Of a stretch of DNA of 64,000 nt, positions 42,744 to 53,100 are shown piece after piece. The notes below the pieces were generated by a model. It saw only the letters and a program-made list of their open reading frames with translations. It was not told the DNA's origin and did not search any database. The DNA is from Clostridia bacterium (GTDB lineage: Bacteria > Bacillota > Clostridia > Oscillospirales > CAG-272): the NCBI GenBank assembly GCA_017481495.1, contig JAFUPC010000024.1:10790-74789 (forward strand). The letters run 5' to 3'. Position numbers and translations under genes: made by a program. Position 1 is the stretch's first letter; every line of letters begins with the position of its first letter.

Positions 42744-44084
42744 TATCTTCTGCGCCGGAGCATTCTGTTCCTGCGCGGATCGCGCTTTCGCGGCGGCTTT
42801 CCGTTCGCGGACGATCTTATACAGCTCTTCCGCCGCAAGCCGGGTCTTGGCAACGACATCGCCCGTGTTCTGCGGGAAACAGTAATACAAGGTTTTGGTG
42901 TCGCCAATGCAGATCATGTCGCCGATCTCGTACCAGTAATAATCGGAATACAGGCTGTACGAAGCAAGCGGCTTCTGTGTATAATCAAGTCGCGGGACAC
43001 CGGCTTCATCCGGGCATCCGGTCAGGTGGAACCCACTCTCACTGTGGGTCAGACGTCCGTTTCCGACCCGATAGATGGCGCGGGTATCGACCAGCATCCG
43101 GATTTCCACCGAAATGTCGAGCTTATAAGTGCCGGCAAGCAGTTCTTCCCTGACACACCTGCGCTCCCAGCGGTACCAGTCGGGGATGTGCGGATATTCG
43201 GTCTCGCCGCCGGTCGCCTGCATCTGTCCGTTTTCAAGCAGGGTGTAGGATTTTCCGCACGCGCCGCAGGTAAGGGTGATGCCGCCGGCGGTCATCTGTC
43301 CCTCTGTCATGCAATTTGGACATTTATAGAGAACTCTTGACAGTCCCTCCGCGCGCTCGGGATGGTCGATGCGGACATTTTTATCTCTCTGCCACGCGAA
43401 ATTGTCAAAGGAAAATTTCTCGCGCAGGATGTCCATCAGTTCATCTGCCGTCTTTTCTTTGGTATCCGCGGGGGAAAAGAGGTATTCCATATCCGCCGAA
43501 ACCCGGACACGGCGGGTGCGGAGGCCGTTGTACAGCGGGGTGCGCGCAAACGCGCCGTAAGTGCGGATCATGATGACCGGAACGCCAAGCATCTTGACGA
43601 GACCGCCAAGCGAATCCGGCAGATCGGTCGCCGTTCCGTCAAAGCTGTAGCTGGCCTCCGGATACATGAGGATCGCGGCGTTCTGCTCCTTCACCGCATA
43701 CTGCATATCGCGGACAAGGTTGAGGTCTGTGACGAATTTTGTCGTCGGAATGCACCCGATGAGCCGCATGAGCAGTTCCATGCCGAACCCGACGAAGCCG
43801 TCGGAGGTGCAGACAATGTGAAACCGTCGCGGAAAGAGACACGCCGATGCGATTTTCAGGTCGAGAAAGCAGGAATGGTTCATTAAGATCAGGCACGGTT
43901 CGTTTTTCCCGAGCTTTTCCATGCCGATGCGGTTCACCGAAAAATGCGTTGCCCAGAGGTCGGGCATGGACAAGATTCGGATCAATCCATGCAGAAAACG
44001 GCTCGGCCGCATGGGCTTTTTGTGTTTTGGGCGCGGAATGGCGCAGACCTTTTCATAAGAGAGGTCTTTTTTGGTAATTTTCAT
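42741..44084 (-). CDS. PlsC-type acyltransferase with C-terminal zinc-ribbon-containing domain
   Basis: HxxxxD motif in LILMNHSCFLD. ATG 44084 follows GGAGG. The C-terminal half contains YKCPNCMTEG...LTCGACGKSY. Confidence 0.75.
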   Translation of the reverse strand: MKITKKDLSYEKVCAIPRPKHKKPMRPSRFLHGLIRILSMPDLWATHFSVNRIGMEKLGKNEPCLILMNHSCFLDLKIASACLFPRRFHIVCTSDGFVGFGMELLMRLIGCIPTTKFVTDLNLVRDMQYAVKEQNAAILMYPEASYSFDGTATDLPDSLGGLVKMLGVPVIMIRTYGAFARTPLYNGLRTRRVRVSADMEYLFSPADTKEKTADELMDILREKFSFDNFAWQRDKNVRIDHPERAEGLSRVLYKCPNCMTEGQMTAGGITLTCGACGKSYTLLENGQMQATGGETEYPHIPDWYRWERRCVREELLAGTYKLDISVEIRMLVDTRAIYRVGNGRLTHSESGFHLTGCPDEAGVPRLDYTQKPLASYSLYSDYYWYEIGDMICIGDTKTLYYCFPQNTGDVVAKTRLAAEELYKIVRERKAAAKARSAQEQNAPAQKI

Positions 44085-44116
44085 GGTCGCCTCCGGAGGG
44101 GTTGTTGTGAATGGAG

Positions 44117-45160
44117 TTATCCGCGGTACAATTCCGCCGCGCGGCGCAGGATGTCGGCGGATTCGCCTGGAATGCGGCCAAGGCCGTCGGGGCCGACATT
44201 GATGAGATAATTGATGCCAAGGTCGTTCAGACGGCGGCGGTTGGATGCCAGTGTTTCCGGGGAGATCCAGTTGTGGTCGCGGTAGGAAAATCCCCACGAC
44301 CGGTTGAGTGTGCAGGCGGACTCATAAAGGCCGTACTTTGACGGCTTGAAGCCGCCGATGTTCTGATAGTCGATGGTTTCGGGGTCGATCTGCGACAGGC
44401 GTTCCCACTCGGCACGGTCGCGGGGAATCTCGTTGTCGCCGAGCGACACATAATCGTACACGCCGTTGCCCAGCCGGGAATTGATGAGACAGTCCGGCTG
44501 CAGGCGTTTGACCGTCTCGTAAATACGCCGGGACTGCTCCGCCGTGATTGTCATCGGGACGTCGAACCATGCAAGGAACACATCGCCGTAATTGGTCATG
44601 ATCTCCTCGATCTGCGGCAGGATCTTCTTTTCAAAGCAAACGGAAAAATCCTTTCCCTCCGTCTCCGGCCAGTCCCAGCTGTTGTCCCACGAAACGCCGG
44701 AGCACGGAATATGCCGCGATAAGTATCCGCCGCCGTGGTATTCGTGCCAGTCGAGATCCTGCGAATAATAAAATCCGAGCTTCAGTCCGTACTTGCGGCA
44801 GGCATCCGCCAGCTCTCCAATGATGTCGCGGCCAAACGGTGTTGCATCGACGACGTTGTACGCATCGACCTTGGAATGGAACAGCGCAAAGCCATCGTGA
44901 TGCTTTGTCGTCACGACAAGATACCCCATCCCGCAGTCGCGCGCCAGCCGCACAATCTCCTCCGCATCAAAATAAATAGGATTGAACGCCGATGCGAGTT
45001 TTTCGTACTCCTTTATCGGAATGCCGAAATACGCGCCGATCCACTCCGCGTAATCACTGCTCTTTTTCCCGCGGTATTCGCCCGCAAGCAGGGAGTACAG
45101 GCCAAAGTGCATCATCATTCCGCAGCCGGAATTTTTGAAATAGGAAATATTTGGGTTCAT
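44117..45160 (-). CDS. Alpha-L-fucosidase (GH29), catalytic domain only
   Basis: GMMMHFGLYS, VVTTKHHDGFALFHSK and WHEYHGGGY blocks are typical of GH29. 347 aa. No signal peptide. Confidence 0.85.
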   Translation of the reverse strand: MNPNISYFKNSGCGMMMHFGLYSLLAGEYRGKKSSDYAEWIGAYFGIPIKEYEKLASAFNPIYFDAEEIVRLARDCGMGYLVVTTKHHDGFALFHSKVDAYNVVDATPFGRDIIGELADACRKYGLKLGFYYSQDLDWHEYHGGGYLSRHIPCSGVSWDNSWDWPETEGKDFSVCFEKKILPQIEEIMTNYGDVFLAWFDVPMTITAEQSRRIYETVKRLQPDCLINSRLGNGVYDYVSLGDNEIPRDRAEWERLSQIDPETIDYQNIGGFKPSKYGLYESACTLNRSWGFSYRDHNWISPETLASNRRRLNDLGINYLINVGPDGLGRIPGESADILRRAAELYRG

Positions 45161-45239
45161 GATGGTAGGCTCCTTGTGATTTTCTTTCTTTCATAATTAT
45201 ACCAGATAAATGCGCAGATGTCAATATGTATATCAAGAC

Positions 45240-45275
45240 AATAAAGAAGCACCCCCGTTATCCGGAAGTGCTTCC
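45240..45275 (-). terminator. Weak terminator candidate after symporter gene
   Basis: GAAGCAC-n15-GTGCTTC with only a short T-run on the minus strand. Confidence 0.35.
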
Positions 45276-45290
45276 ATTTCAAAAACATGA

Positions 45291-46832
45291 TTATTTGCCA
45301 AGATGCTCTTTCGTCGGCACGCTGATCTGTGCTTCGTAGCAAGAGAACATTTCCTCGGTCTTCTTCTCGTCTGGTTTCGGGGTCAGGAGGCTGACGACCG
45401 GGACGAGAACGATGCTGATGAGCATGACGACCGCGCCGCAGTTGACGGGCGACTGCATGAATGCGGGGAACGCACTGCGCACGACCATGTTCAGAATCAT
45501 CACGACAACGCCGAAGACGAACGAGACACAGCACGCGGCTTTCGTGGTGCGTTTCCAGTAAAGACCGTAGAGGAACGGTGCCAGGAATGCGCCCGCGAGC
45601 GCGCCCCAGGAAATTCCCATCAGCTGTGCGATGGAGGAAATGTTGAAATAATACTGGAGCAGTGCAATGACGGCGGAGATGAGAACGAACACCGCAATCA
45701 GCACACGCATGATGACGAGCTGCTGTTTTTCGCTGATCTCTTTCTTCGACAGCGGCTTGATGAGGTCGATGGTAAAGGTCGAGGAGGAGGTCAGAACGAG
45801 CGAGGAAAGCGTGGACATGGATGCGGACAGCACCAGGATGACAACAACACCCATAAGCAGATCCGGAAGTCCTTCCAGCATTGCCGGGACAAGACCGTCA
45901 TAACCGCCGACGGTGGTGTAATCGTCTACGAACAGTCTGCTGAAACCGCCGAGGAAATAGCATCCACCGGCAACGATGATGGCAAACAGCGTGGAAATGA
46001 TGGTGCCCTTGCCGATCGCCTTTTCGCTCTTGATGGCGTAGAATTTACCGACCATCTGCGGCAGACCCCAGGTACCGAGCGAGGTCAGGATGACAACGCA
46101 CAACAGGTTGAACGGGTCGGGTCCGAAGAACGACGTGAAGATGCCGGGAACCTCCCCGTATTCCAGAGAGGCATCCGTGACCTGTGCAAGACCTGCAACG
46201 GAGCCCATCAGACCGCCGTTCCGGTTCAGTACCGCCACAATGACAGCGGCGATGCCCGCCAGCATGATGATGCCCTGAATGAAGTCGTTGACCGCGGTCG
46301 CCATATAGCCACCGACGATGACATAGACCGCCGTCAGCGCCGCCATTGCGATGATACAGACACTGTAATCAATGTTGAACGCCATCGCGAACAGACGGGA
46401 GAGACCGTTGTACAGGGATGCCGTATAGGGGATCATGAAAATGAAAATGATGACTGCTGCGAAAATTTTCAGCGCTTTGGAGGTAAAGCGCTTTTCAAAA
46501 AATTCGGGCATGGTCGCGGTGCCGAGATGCTGTGTCATCAGTCTGGTGCGGCGGCCGAGAATGACCCACGCAAGCAGCGAGCCGATGAACGCATTGCCAA
46601 GGCCGATCCATGTGGAAGCCATACCGAATTTCCATCCGAACTGACCCGCATAACCGACGAAAATGACCGCGGAGAAATACGAAGTGCCGTAAGCAAACGC
46701 CGTCAGCCACGGGCCGACCGCACGTCCGCCGAGAACAAAGCCGTTGACGTCCGTTGCCGAGCGGCGGCAGAGCACGCCTACCGTGACCATCAGGGCAAAA
46801 AACGCAACCAGGAGTACGATTTTGATTACCAT
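45291..46832 (-). CDS. Sodium:solute symporter (SSS family)
   Basis: Polytopic. N-terminus FVLGGRAVGPWLTAFAYGTSYFSAVIFVGYAGQFGW is typical of PanF/PutP-like SSS carriers. ATG 46832 lies 9 nt after AAGGAA. Confidence 0.9.
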   Translation of the reverse strand: MVIKIVLLVAFFALMVTVGVLCRRSATDVNGFVLGGRAVGPWLTAFAYGTSYFSAVIFVGYAGQFGWKFGMASTWIGLGNAFIGSLLAWVILGRRTRLMTQHLGTATMPEFFEKRFTSKALKIFAAVIIFIFMIPYTASLYNGLSRLFAMAFNIDYSVCIIAMAALTAVYVIVGGYMATAVNDFIQGIIMLAGIAAVIVAVLNRNGGLMGSVAGLAQVTDASLEYGEVPGIFTSFFGPDPFNLLCVVILTSLGTWGLPQMVGKFYAIKSEKAIGKGTIISTLFAIIVAGGCYFLGGFSRLFVDDYTTVGGYDGLVPAMLEGLPDLLMGVVVILVLSASMSTLSSLVLTSSSTFTIDLIKPLSKKEISEKQQLVIMRVLIAVFVLISAVIALLQYYFNISSIAQLMGISWGALAGAFLAPFLYGLYWKRTTKAACCVSFVFGVVVMILNMVVRSAFPAFMQSPVNCGAVVMLISIVLVPVVSLLTPKPDEKKTEEMFSCYEAQISVPTKEHLGK

Positions 46833-46981
46833 AAAAATGATTTCCTTCCCTTGGGAATCTGTGTCGGGGATCCCCATATTTCAGCTTGCTAAAAGGATAC
46901 CACAGTTTCCCTGTTTTGTCAAGATATTTCCCGAAATTAAAATATTTTTTTGTCGGAAAGAAAATATTTTTCAAAAAGCCC

Positions 46982-47010
46982 TTGACAAATCCGTCCGGGT
47001 GTGGTATAAT
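46982..47010 (+). promoter_or_regulatory. Promoter of tRNA-Thr/tRNA-Tyr unit
   Basis: TTGACA, 17-nt spacer, then TGgTATAAT, 45 nt upstream of tRNA-Thr. Confidence 0.7.
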
Positions 47011-47055
47011 ATATATCGTTGCAGGGAGAGCGAGTCTTCCGACATCACAGAACAT

Positions 47056-47130
47056 GCTGGTGTGGCTCAATGGCAGAGCAGCTGATTTGTAATCAGCAGG
47101 TTGATGGTTCGACTCCGTTCACCAGCTCCA
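47056..47130 (+). tRNA. tRNA-Thr (anticodon UGU)
   Basis: Manual cloverleaf: acceptor GCTGGTG/CACCAGC, D arm GCTC-AATGGCA-GAGC, anticodon arm GCTGA-TTTGTAA-TCAGC, T loop TTCGACT, encoded CCA. Confidence 0.9.
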
Positions 47131-47133
47131 TAT

Positions 47134-47219
47134 GGGGGATTTCCCGAGTGGCCAAAGGGGACAGACTGTAAATCTGCTGTCTATCGACTTCGGTGGTCCG
47201 AATCCACCATCCCCCACCA
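47134..47219 (+). tRNA. tRNA-Tyr (anticodon GUA), long variable arm
   Basis: Acceptor GGGGGAT/ATCCCCC, anticodon loop CTGTAAA, long variable arm, T arm GGTGG-TCCGAAT-CCACC, encoded ACCA end. Confidence 0.9.
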
Positions 47220-47221
47220 AG

Positions 47222-47256
47222 ACTCCCGCGCGAAAGTGCGGGAGTTTTACTTTTTC
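47222..47256 (+). terminator. Rho-independent terminator after tRNA pair
   Basis: ACTCCCGC-n8-GCGGGAGT followed by TTTACTTTTTC. Confidence 0.8.
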
Positions 47257-47304
47257 ACTCTTCACTCCCCGCGGGAGTTTTGGTGAAGTAATAAGTAATA
47301 GCCA

Positions 47305-47356
47305 AAACGAAAACCGCCGCCGTTACGTTCATCTCCCGTACCGGCGGCAAATTTTT
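47305..47356. terminator. Bidirectional hairpin terminator candidate
   Basis: AAAACGAAAACC-GCCGCCG-n19-CGGCGGC-AAATTTTTATT; an A-run precedes and a T-run follows the stem. Confidence 0.6.
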
Positions 47357-47386
47357 ATTCAGAATCGTTCTTTGTCCTGACCCGAT

Positions 47387-48283
47387 TCACACTTCCTCAT
47401 AGATCCGCTTCATATTATTGAAAGAAACCTGCGTTCCGTACTCGCATTCCTCCATGCCTTCATATTCAAGGAAAATATCCCCGTCGAAGGCGGAATGCTT
47501 GATTGTGCGCATGATGTCCCAGATGTCAATGTCGCCCTGGGCGAGGATGGAGCCGCGCAGGAACGTGCCGTTGACCGAGCGGAACCAGGAATTTTCGCAG
47601 TCGAATTCTGCGGCGCCGCCGGGGTCGCGGTGTGCGGGACGGATATAGAAGTCCTTCATGTGGACGGTCTTTGCAAACGGGATCATCTTTTTGGCGGCGA
47701 TCTCCGGGATGTCGTCCACGCAGGTATAGTTGCCGACGTCCATCTGGTGGCCGAAGTTGTCTCGGTGGACGGAGGTCAGAATCTGCCGCACCCGCTCGGA
47801 GCCGTTGGCGTGGAAGCCGTGGTTTTCAAACAGGACGGTGATGCCGAGCGGCTTTGCAAAGTCGCACAGTGATTCGTAGGTCTCCACGATAAGCGGAAGC
47901 TCCTCCTGGAACTTCTCCATCGTGTTTTCCGTCATCGGACGGCGGTATGCCGCGGAATCCACGCGCATCGTGGGGATGCCGAGCTCCGACACCGCCTCCA
48001 TGTGCGTTTTGACACGCTTCATCTCCGCCGCGTATTCATCTTTTGTCAGCATGAGGAAGTTGGCGTTGAGGGAATAGTTTCCCAGCGGCACGCCGGTCTC
48101 GCGGCTTGCCGTTTTGAATTTGCCGATGAGGGAGCGATCTTCCGTGAAGTCAAAGCCGAACGGCACCAGCTCTACGACCTCCGCGCCCATGTTGCAGATG
48201 CGTTCAAAGGCTTCGATTGGAGTAAACTCGCCCGTCCGGATCTTGCGGGAAACGCCGTAAATGGAAATACCGAAACGTCGCAT
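47387..48283 (-). CDS. Sugar phosphate isomerase/epimerase (xylose isomerase-like TIM barrel)
   Basis: 298 aa. The pattern GAEVVELVPFGFDF...LFENHGFHANG...HMKDF...GDIFLEYEG is typical of the AP endonuclease 2/xylose isomerase-like fold. Confidence 0.75.
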   Translation of the reverse strand: MRRFGISIYGVSRKIRTGEFTPIEAFERICNMGAEVVELVPFGFDFTEDRSLIGKFKTASRETGVPLGNYSLNANFLMLTKDEYAAEMKRVKTHMEAVSELGIPTMRVDSAAYRRPMTENTMEKFQEELPLIVETYESLCDFAKPLGITVLFENHGFHANGSERVRQILTSVHRDNFGHQMDVGNYTCVDDIPEIAAKKMIPFAKTVHMKDFYIRPAHRDPGGAAEFDCENSWFRSVNGTFLRGSILAQGDIDIWDIMRTIKHSAFDGDIFLEYEGMEECEYGTQVSFNNMKRIYEEV

Positions 48284-48306
48284 TTTGTTATATCATCACT
48301 TTCTGT

Positions 48307-49578
48307 TTATAAATATCTTCGTAATATTCCAAGCACCGCCTGATTGTCGTCCGACAACGGGAGATTCTCGGCAAGCGAACCCGCCCTCCCCCGGGCGCGG
48401 TCTTCGTCCAGGGTGGACAGAAGCATGGCAAGCGATGCGCAATCGTTTTCCGCGGCGGCATAATCAAAGGCGGAAATGCCGCGGATGCCGGTCTTTTCGG
48501 GGTCACACCCGGCGGAAAGCAGCATGGCGGTCATGCCCGGCGACACGGCACGGCACGCGGCGGCGATGAGCGGTGTGCGGTCGTCGGTGACATCCACGGC
48601 ATCGGGATAATAGTTTTTCGCAAGCAAAAGAGCCAGTGCGGCGGCATTTCCGCGCCGGATATGGTAAAAACCAACGTGGTAATACAAAGGATGGCGCAGA
48701 AACTCCGTCAGCTCGCCGGGGCGTTCGTAAAAGCGGAACACCGTTTCGATGATGTCCGGATCTCCGCACAAAAGCGCGTACTGGAACAGATTGAACAGCT
48801 TTGGCGTGGGCGTGGGCGCGTTTTCTCCCGGCAGGGTGATGCCGTGGAACCGTGCTTCCTCCTGCAAGGTCGGGCGGAACCGGGCGGTCAGCTGGGGAAC
48901 GAGGACAAACAGTTGTGCAAGCAGGGCATGATGCCTCTTGGCAATGATCGCGGCAAGGCACGCCGTCAGCGTATCAAGCCCCGCGCCGTCAAACAGCCTG
49001 TCCCCGAACCGGATAAAGAAATCCACGGCACAGCGGCGCACGCCCCCCGGGCGGACATCCGCATCGGTGCTGTCCCACATGGGATCGGTCATGCAGTCCA
49101 TGACCGAGGTGCCGGTGACGTCCGGTTCAAAATAATCGTCAAACAGGAGCCCCTCGGCGGTGTCCGGGTCAAGATATGCGCCGTAGGTCATCGGGTCAAA
49201 GGAAAACGGCGAGTCGTTTTCCAGATAGATGGGGGAACCGACATTGTGAAAGCTTTCCTTTGCATCGAGATACAGCTGTCTGGAACCCACAACGACGTAC
49301 TGTCCGACATACGGGTCGAAATACACGGCAGTCGCTTCCTGCTCCACGTCGTTGCGGATCTGCGGCAGCATTTTCGCATAATAGACATCGAGAAACGACA
49401 CCGGCGGCACGCGCAGAAGCACACCGTCCCGGCAGGTCTCGTCCGACAGCGCATACGGATACGACAAAATCTTCCCCTCCGCGCGGTAGAGATACCCGAT
49501 CTTCGGCCCGATCAGACGGTAGCGGGATGCGGGATATTTCCGCGGCGGGTTACGGCGGAAACGGACGTAGCTTCTCAT
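48307..49578 (-). CDS. Ankyrin-repeat protein with unknown N-terminal domain
   Basis: C-terminal third shows ankyrin-like units (GNAAALALLLAKNYYPDAVDVTDDRTPLIAAA...GMTAMLLSAGCDPEKTG..GISAFDYAAAENDCASLAMLL). The start lies 1 nt after the ppiB stop. Confidence 0.6.
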   Translation of the reverse strand: MRSYVRFRRNPPRKYPASRYRLIGPKIGYLYRAEGKILSYPYALSDETCRDGVLLRVPPVSFLDVYYAKMLPQIRNDVEQEATAVYFDPYVGQYVVVGSRQLYLDAKESFHNVGSPIYLENDSPFSFDPMTYGAYLDPDTAEGLLFDDYFEPDVTGTSVMDCMTDPMWDSTDADVRPGGVRRCAVDFFIRFGDRLFDGAGLDTLTACLAAIIAKRHHALLAQLFVLVPQLTARFRPTLQEEARFHGITLPGENAPTPTPKLFNLFQYALLCGDPDIIETVFRFYERPGELTEFLRHPLYYHVGFYHIRRGNAAALALLLAKNYYPDAVDVTDDRTPLIAAACRAVSPGMTAMLLSAGCDPEKTGIRGISAFDYAAAENDCASLAMLLSTLDEDRARGRAGSLAENLPLSDDNQAVLGILRRYL

Positions 49579-49579
49579 G

Positions 49580-50050
49580 TCAGATGAGCGTGACCTTTGC
49601 CATCTTCATTTCGGTCTTCGGGCGGTCGTTTCTGTCGGTGGCAACGGATGCGATGCGGTCAACGACGTCCATGCCCTCGGTGACGTGACCGAATGCGGCA
49701 TACTGCCCGTCCAGGAAATCCGCATCCGCGTGGCAGATGAAGAACTGGGACGATGCGGAATTGTACCGCTGGGAACGCGCCATCGAGATGACACCGCGCT
49801 TGTGGGAAATGGGATTCTTGATGCCGTTGACGGCAAATTCGCCCTTGATGTTTTCGTCAGAGCCGCCCATACCGGTTCCGGTCGGGTCGCCGCCCTGGAT
49901 CATAAAGCCGGAGATCACGCGGTGAAAGATGAGTCCGTCATAAAAGCCCTCGGAAACGAGCTTTTCAAAGTTCGCACAGGTGATGGGCGCCGCTTCGGGG
50001 TTGAGTTCGATTTTAATGATGCCGCCGTCGGCCATTTCGATTTGTACCAT
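49580..50050 (-). CDS. ppiB: Peptidyl-prolyl cis-trans isomerase, cyclophilin type
   Basis: FHRVISGFMIQGGDPTGTGMGG signature. ATG 50050 follows AAAAGGAG. Confidence 0.9.
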   Translation of the reverse strand: MVQIEMADGGIIKIELNPEAAPITCANFEKLVSEGFYDGLIFHRVISGFMIQGGDPTGTGMGGSDENIKGEFAVNGIKNPISHKRGVISMARSQRYNSASSQFFICHADADFLDGQYAAFGHVTEGMDVVDRIASVATDRNDRPKTEMKMAKVTLI

Positions 50051-50105
50051 GATTGGGTTCTCCTTTTGTGATATAAAATGAATGGATATTTGATTCCTAT
50101 TATAT

Positions 50106-50133
50106 ATTATACCATAAATTGAGAAAATTGCAA
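50106..50133 (-). promoter_or_regulatory. Promoter of ppiB-ankyrin-TIM operon
   Basis: On the minus strand: TTGCAA, 16-nt spacer, then TGgTATAAT. Confidence 0.6.
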
Positions 50134-50184
50134 GCGGAAACACACATATTTACAGCGAAAATATTCGGAGGATATGCGCGGCAT

Positions 50185-53100
50185 TCAGGATCCTGCCGAA
50201 CTTCCGGTATCTTCCTTTCGTTTCTCAATTCTCGCCAGAATATCCTCATAATCCGGTATTCCCGGTTCCAGGAACCGTTCTTCCGTCACTTCCTCCACTA
50301 CGGCGGACAGCGACGTATCACTATCCCCAAAAGAATACGGCGGCATCGCATATTGCAGATACACCGTCTCCCCGGTGTCCCACCGCTCTGCCATCACGAA
50401 CAGATTCACCTCTCCGCTTCCGCCGCCCGCGGAACCGTGGAACAGGTATCCGTTTTCATAATTGTCGGGCAGAGAAAGCGAAGCGCGGCAGCACAGGTCA
50501 ATATTTTGATTATACCACCAAAAGACCATCGCCGGGTCATCCCGATACACGACGTACCGCGGGATCCCACCGACCGGCGCGGAGGTAAACAGGACGGATT
50601 CTTCAGTTTCCGGAACGGATTCGCCAAAAAACGCCTCTGTGGAAAGTACGGTGATGTCGGCGCGCGGAACATCGGTGCCGTCTTCCGTTGCCGCGGATGC
50701 ATACTGCCACGTCATCCCGTAATCGTCCGTCACAAAATACAGAATCCGCCGCCCGCCGTTTTCCATATACGCCCGAACGGGATAAGTACCCACCGCGCCG
50801 TCAAAGATCGGGACGAGCGGGTCATACGCATATGCGGCAATCCCATCCGGGAGCGGCAGGGTCAGACGCTCCCAGGTCTCACCGCCGTCCGCCGTGCGCA
50901 GGATTTCCGGCCCCGCGTCCATCGAATACGCATATCCGACAAACGCGACATCCGCCGATGCAAAGCCCGCGCCCGTCATGACGCCCGGATGACTGCCCTC
51001 CGCCGACGGCTCCGGGAGCATCTGCCACGTTTTGCCGCCATCCGTTGACCGCATGGCGTTTTTCTGCGCCGTGCCAAGGGACGTATCGAGATTCGTCAGG
51101 ACTGCCCAGCGGGTGTCGCCGTATTCTGCGTAATACGCCGCGCTCCAACTCAGCCAGTGCGGCTCCCACGATGCAATCTTCTCCGGGGTGGAACGGTCAT
51201 TTGCCGGAAAGTCCGCGATGATGTCCCACGGAATGCTTGCAATGTACGCGCCGCCCTCGGCGGTGTAGAGTTCGATTTCATTGGATTCGAGAGAAGCGAG
51301 ATAGGGGGTATAGGGGCCGGATACGGTCATTTGGGAAGAAACCGTCCCCGCCGCACCGCCGTCCGGGTAAGCAAGCCGTTCATACGCAAGATATTCTTCT
51401 TCCGTCAGTTCACACTCCACGCAGAACGGAGCGCTTTCCGCAGAAGTCCTCCGATACAGCCGCAAATAACGCGCTTCTCCCCGATACCGCAGCTCCGCCG
51501 CCAGGCAGAAATACCACGCCTGCGCCTCTTCACTCCGCCGTTCCTCTACCGAGACATACGGCAGGACGGTGATGCCGTCATATGGGATTCCGTCGGGAAT
51601 CTCCACTTCATTCATATAATAGGTTCCGCTCCTGTCCGGCACCGGCTCTTTTTCGCTTTCATACAGTGCATCAAAATACATCATCATGCCGGACGGTGTT
51701 TCGGGCGATGCACAGCAGAACAGATAATTTTTGTATCCGTCCACCGGCATTTCCCAGAGAACGGTTTCCTCCGGCGTGATTGTCCGCTGATCGCACGCCG
51801 CATAAACCAACGTCAGCACATCTCCGCACCGCACAAGATCGTACCGCCAGAAGTCGTCCCGATACGTCTCATCAAACGGCGCATAGGTCACAAGATACGT
51901 TTCGGAAAGGTCGGGCGACAGACAGCGGACAGTATGCACATCTTCCCCGAAATAATGCGCCTGTAAATCCGTTTCCGGGTCGCGGACATCGTAATGCAGC
52001 CAGATGCCCTCTTCAAACACCAATCGGTCGGATTTGGAAAACGTATACACCCCCGCATCCGTATCCTGCGAGGTGCCGTCCCGGCAAACGGCAAGAAGGC
52101 GTTCTTCCCCGTCCGCGGAAACGGCATAAACGGCATTCTGCCGCGGGACGCCGCCCACAAAGGTATTCCGCTCAATATAAACGGTTCCGTCCCACGCACC
52201 GAGTGCCGATGTGCCCGTTTCCGCACGGCGGTCATCCGTGTCCGTCTGTGCATCGTAAATTCCCCACCCGGCGGGCGTTTCCCCGTCATAAAGGGCATAA
52301 AGCACCCGGTTTTCATCCGTAAACCCGCGGAACACTTCCCCACCCGAAAAGTGCGTCTCGCGCCCGTTCGCGCAGGTTACGGTGAAGCCATTGTCCTGCT
52401 CTGTCACCGTGACACTGCCGTCGGGGGACGTCCTGCGCACGGAATACGCAACCGTTTCGGGATACGCATCCGGTGCGGTCTCCGTGCAGGACAGCGTGCC
52501 GTCGGGGTTTGCCGTCACGGCATACGCGTTTCCGGTTGTTCCGTTTTCATTCGCCGCATAGAGGATGCAGGTATTCCCGTCCGGGGTATAGGCGATGCTT
52601 GTCGGGGCGGCGGTCGTGTCGAGGTATTCCATAAACGAGGTCTGCGCTTCTCCCGGGTTTTGGGTGTCAATCACGGCGAGCAGAACGTCACGGTGCGCTG
52701 TGTTTCCGCGGTCGTCCGTGTGCGGGGTATACGTCACATAGACCCGATACCGGTCGGTAAACGGATAAGAAACCATCTGCGTTTCCCCCGCGACGGCGGG
52801 AAGCGGGCAGAGATTCCACGAAAGCGACGCGGGAATCGGATACGTCATCGTCTCATACATCCGCCCGACCACGCCGGCGGAGAAACCGCTGTCCGATACG
52901 GACAGTGCTGCAAAGCGGTCGGCATCGGGCAGGTCGTCCGTGTCCGACACATCCGATGCTTTTTCCACACCACCAAGCGAACAGCCTGCGGCGGCAAGGG
53001 TCAGCGTGACTGCCAGCACCGCCGCGATGCCGCGGTTCTTTGCCGGGGTTGTCAGGCGGACGATGCGTTCCTTTACCGGGTCGGCGGAAAACGCCGCGGT

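Noticed and set aside
46982-47356. tRNA-Thr/tRNA-Tyr locus as an integration site for a genomic island or prophage.
   Set aside because: No integrase, recombinase or phage gene is on either side, and no direct repeat of the tRNA 3' end is seen downstream. The flanking genes are ordinary metabolic genes.
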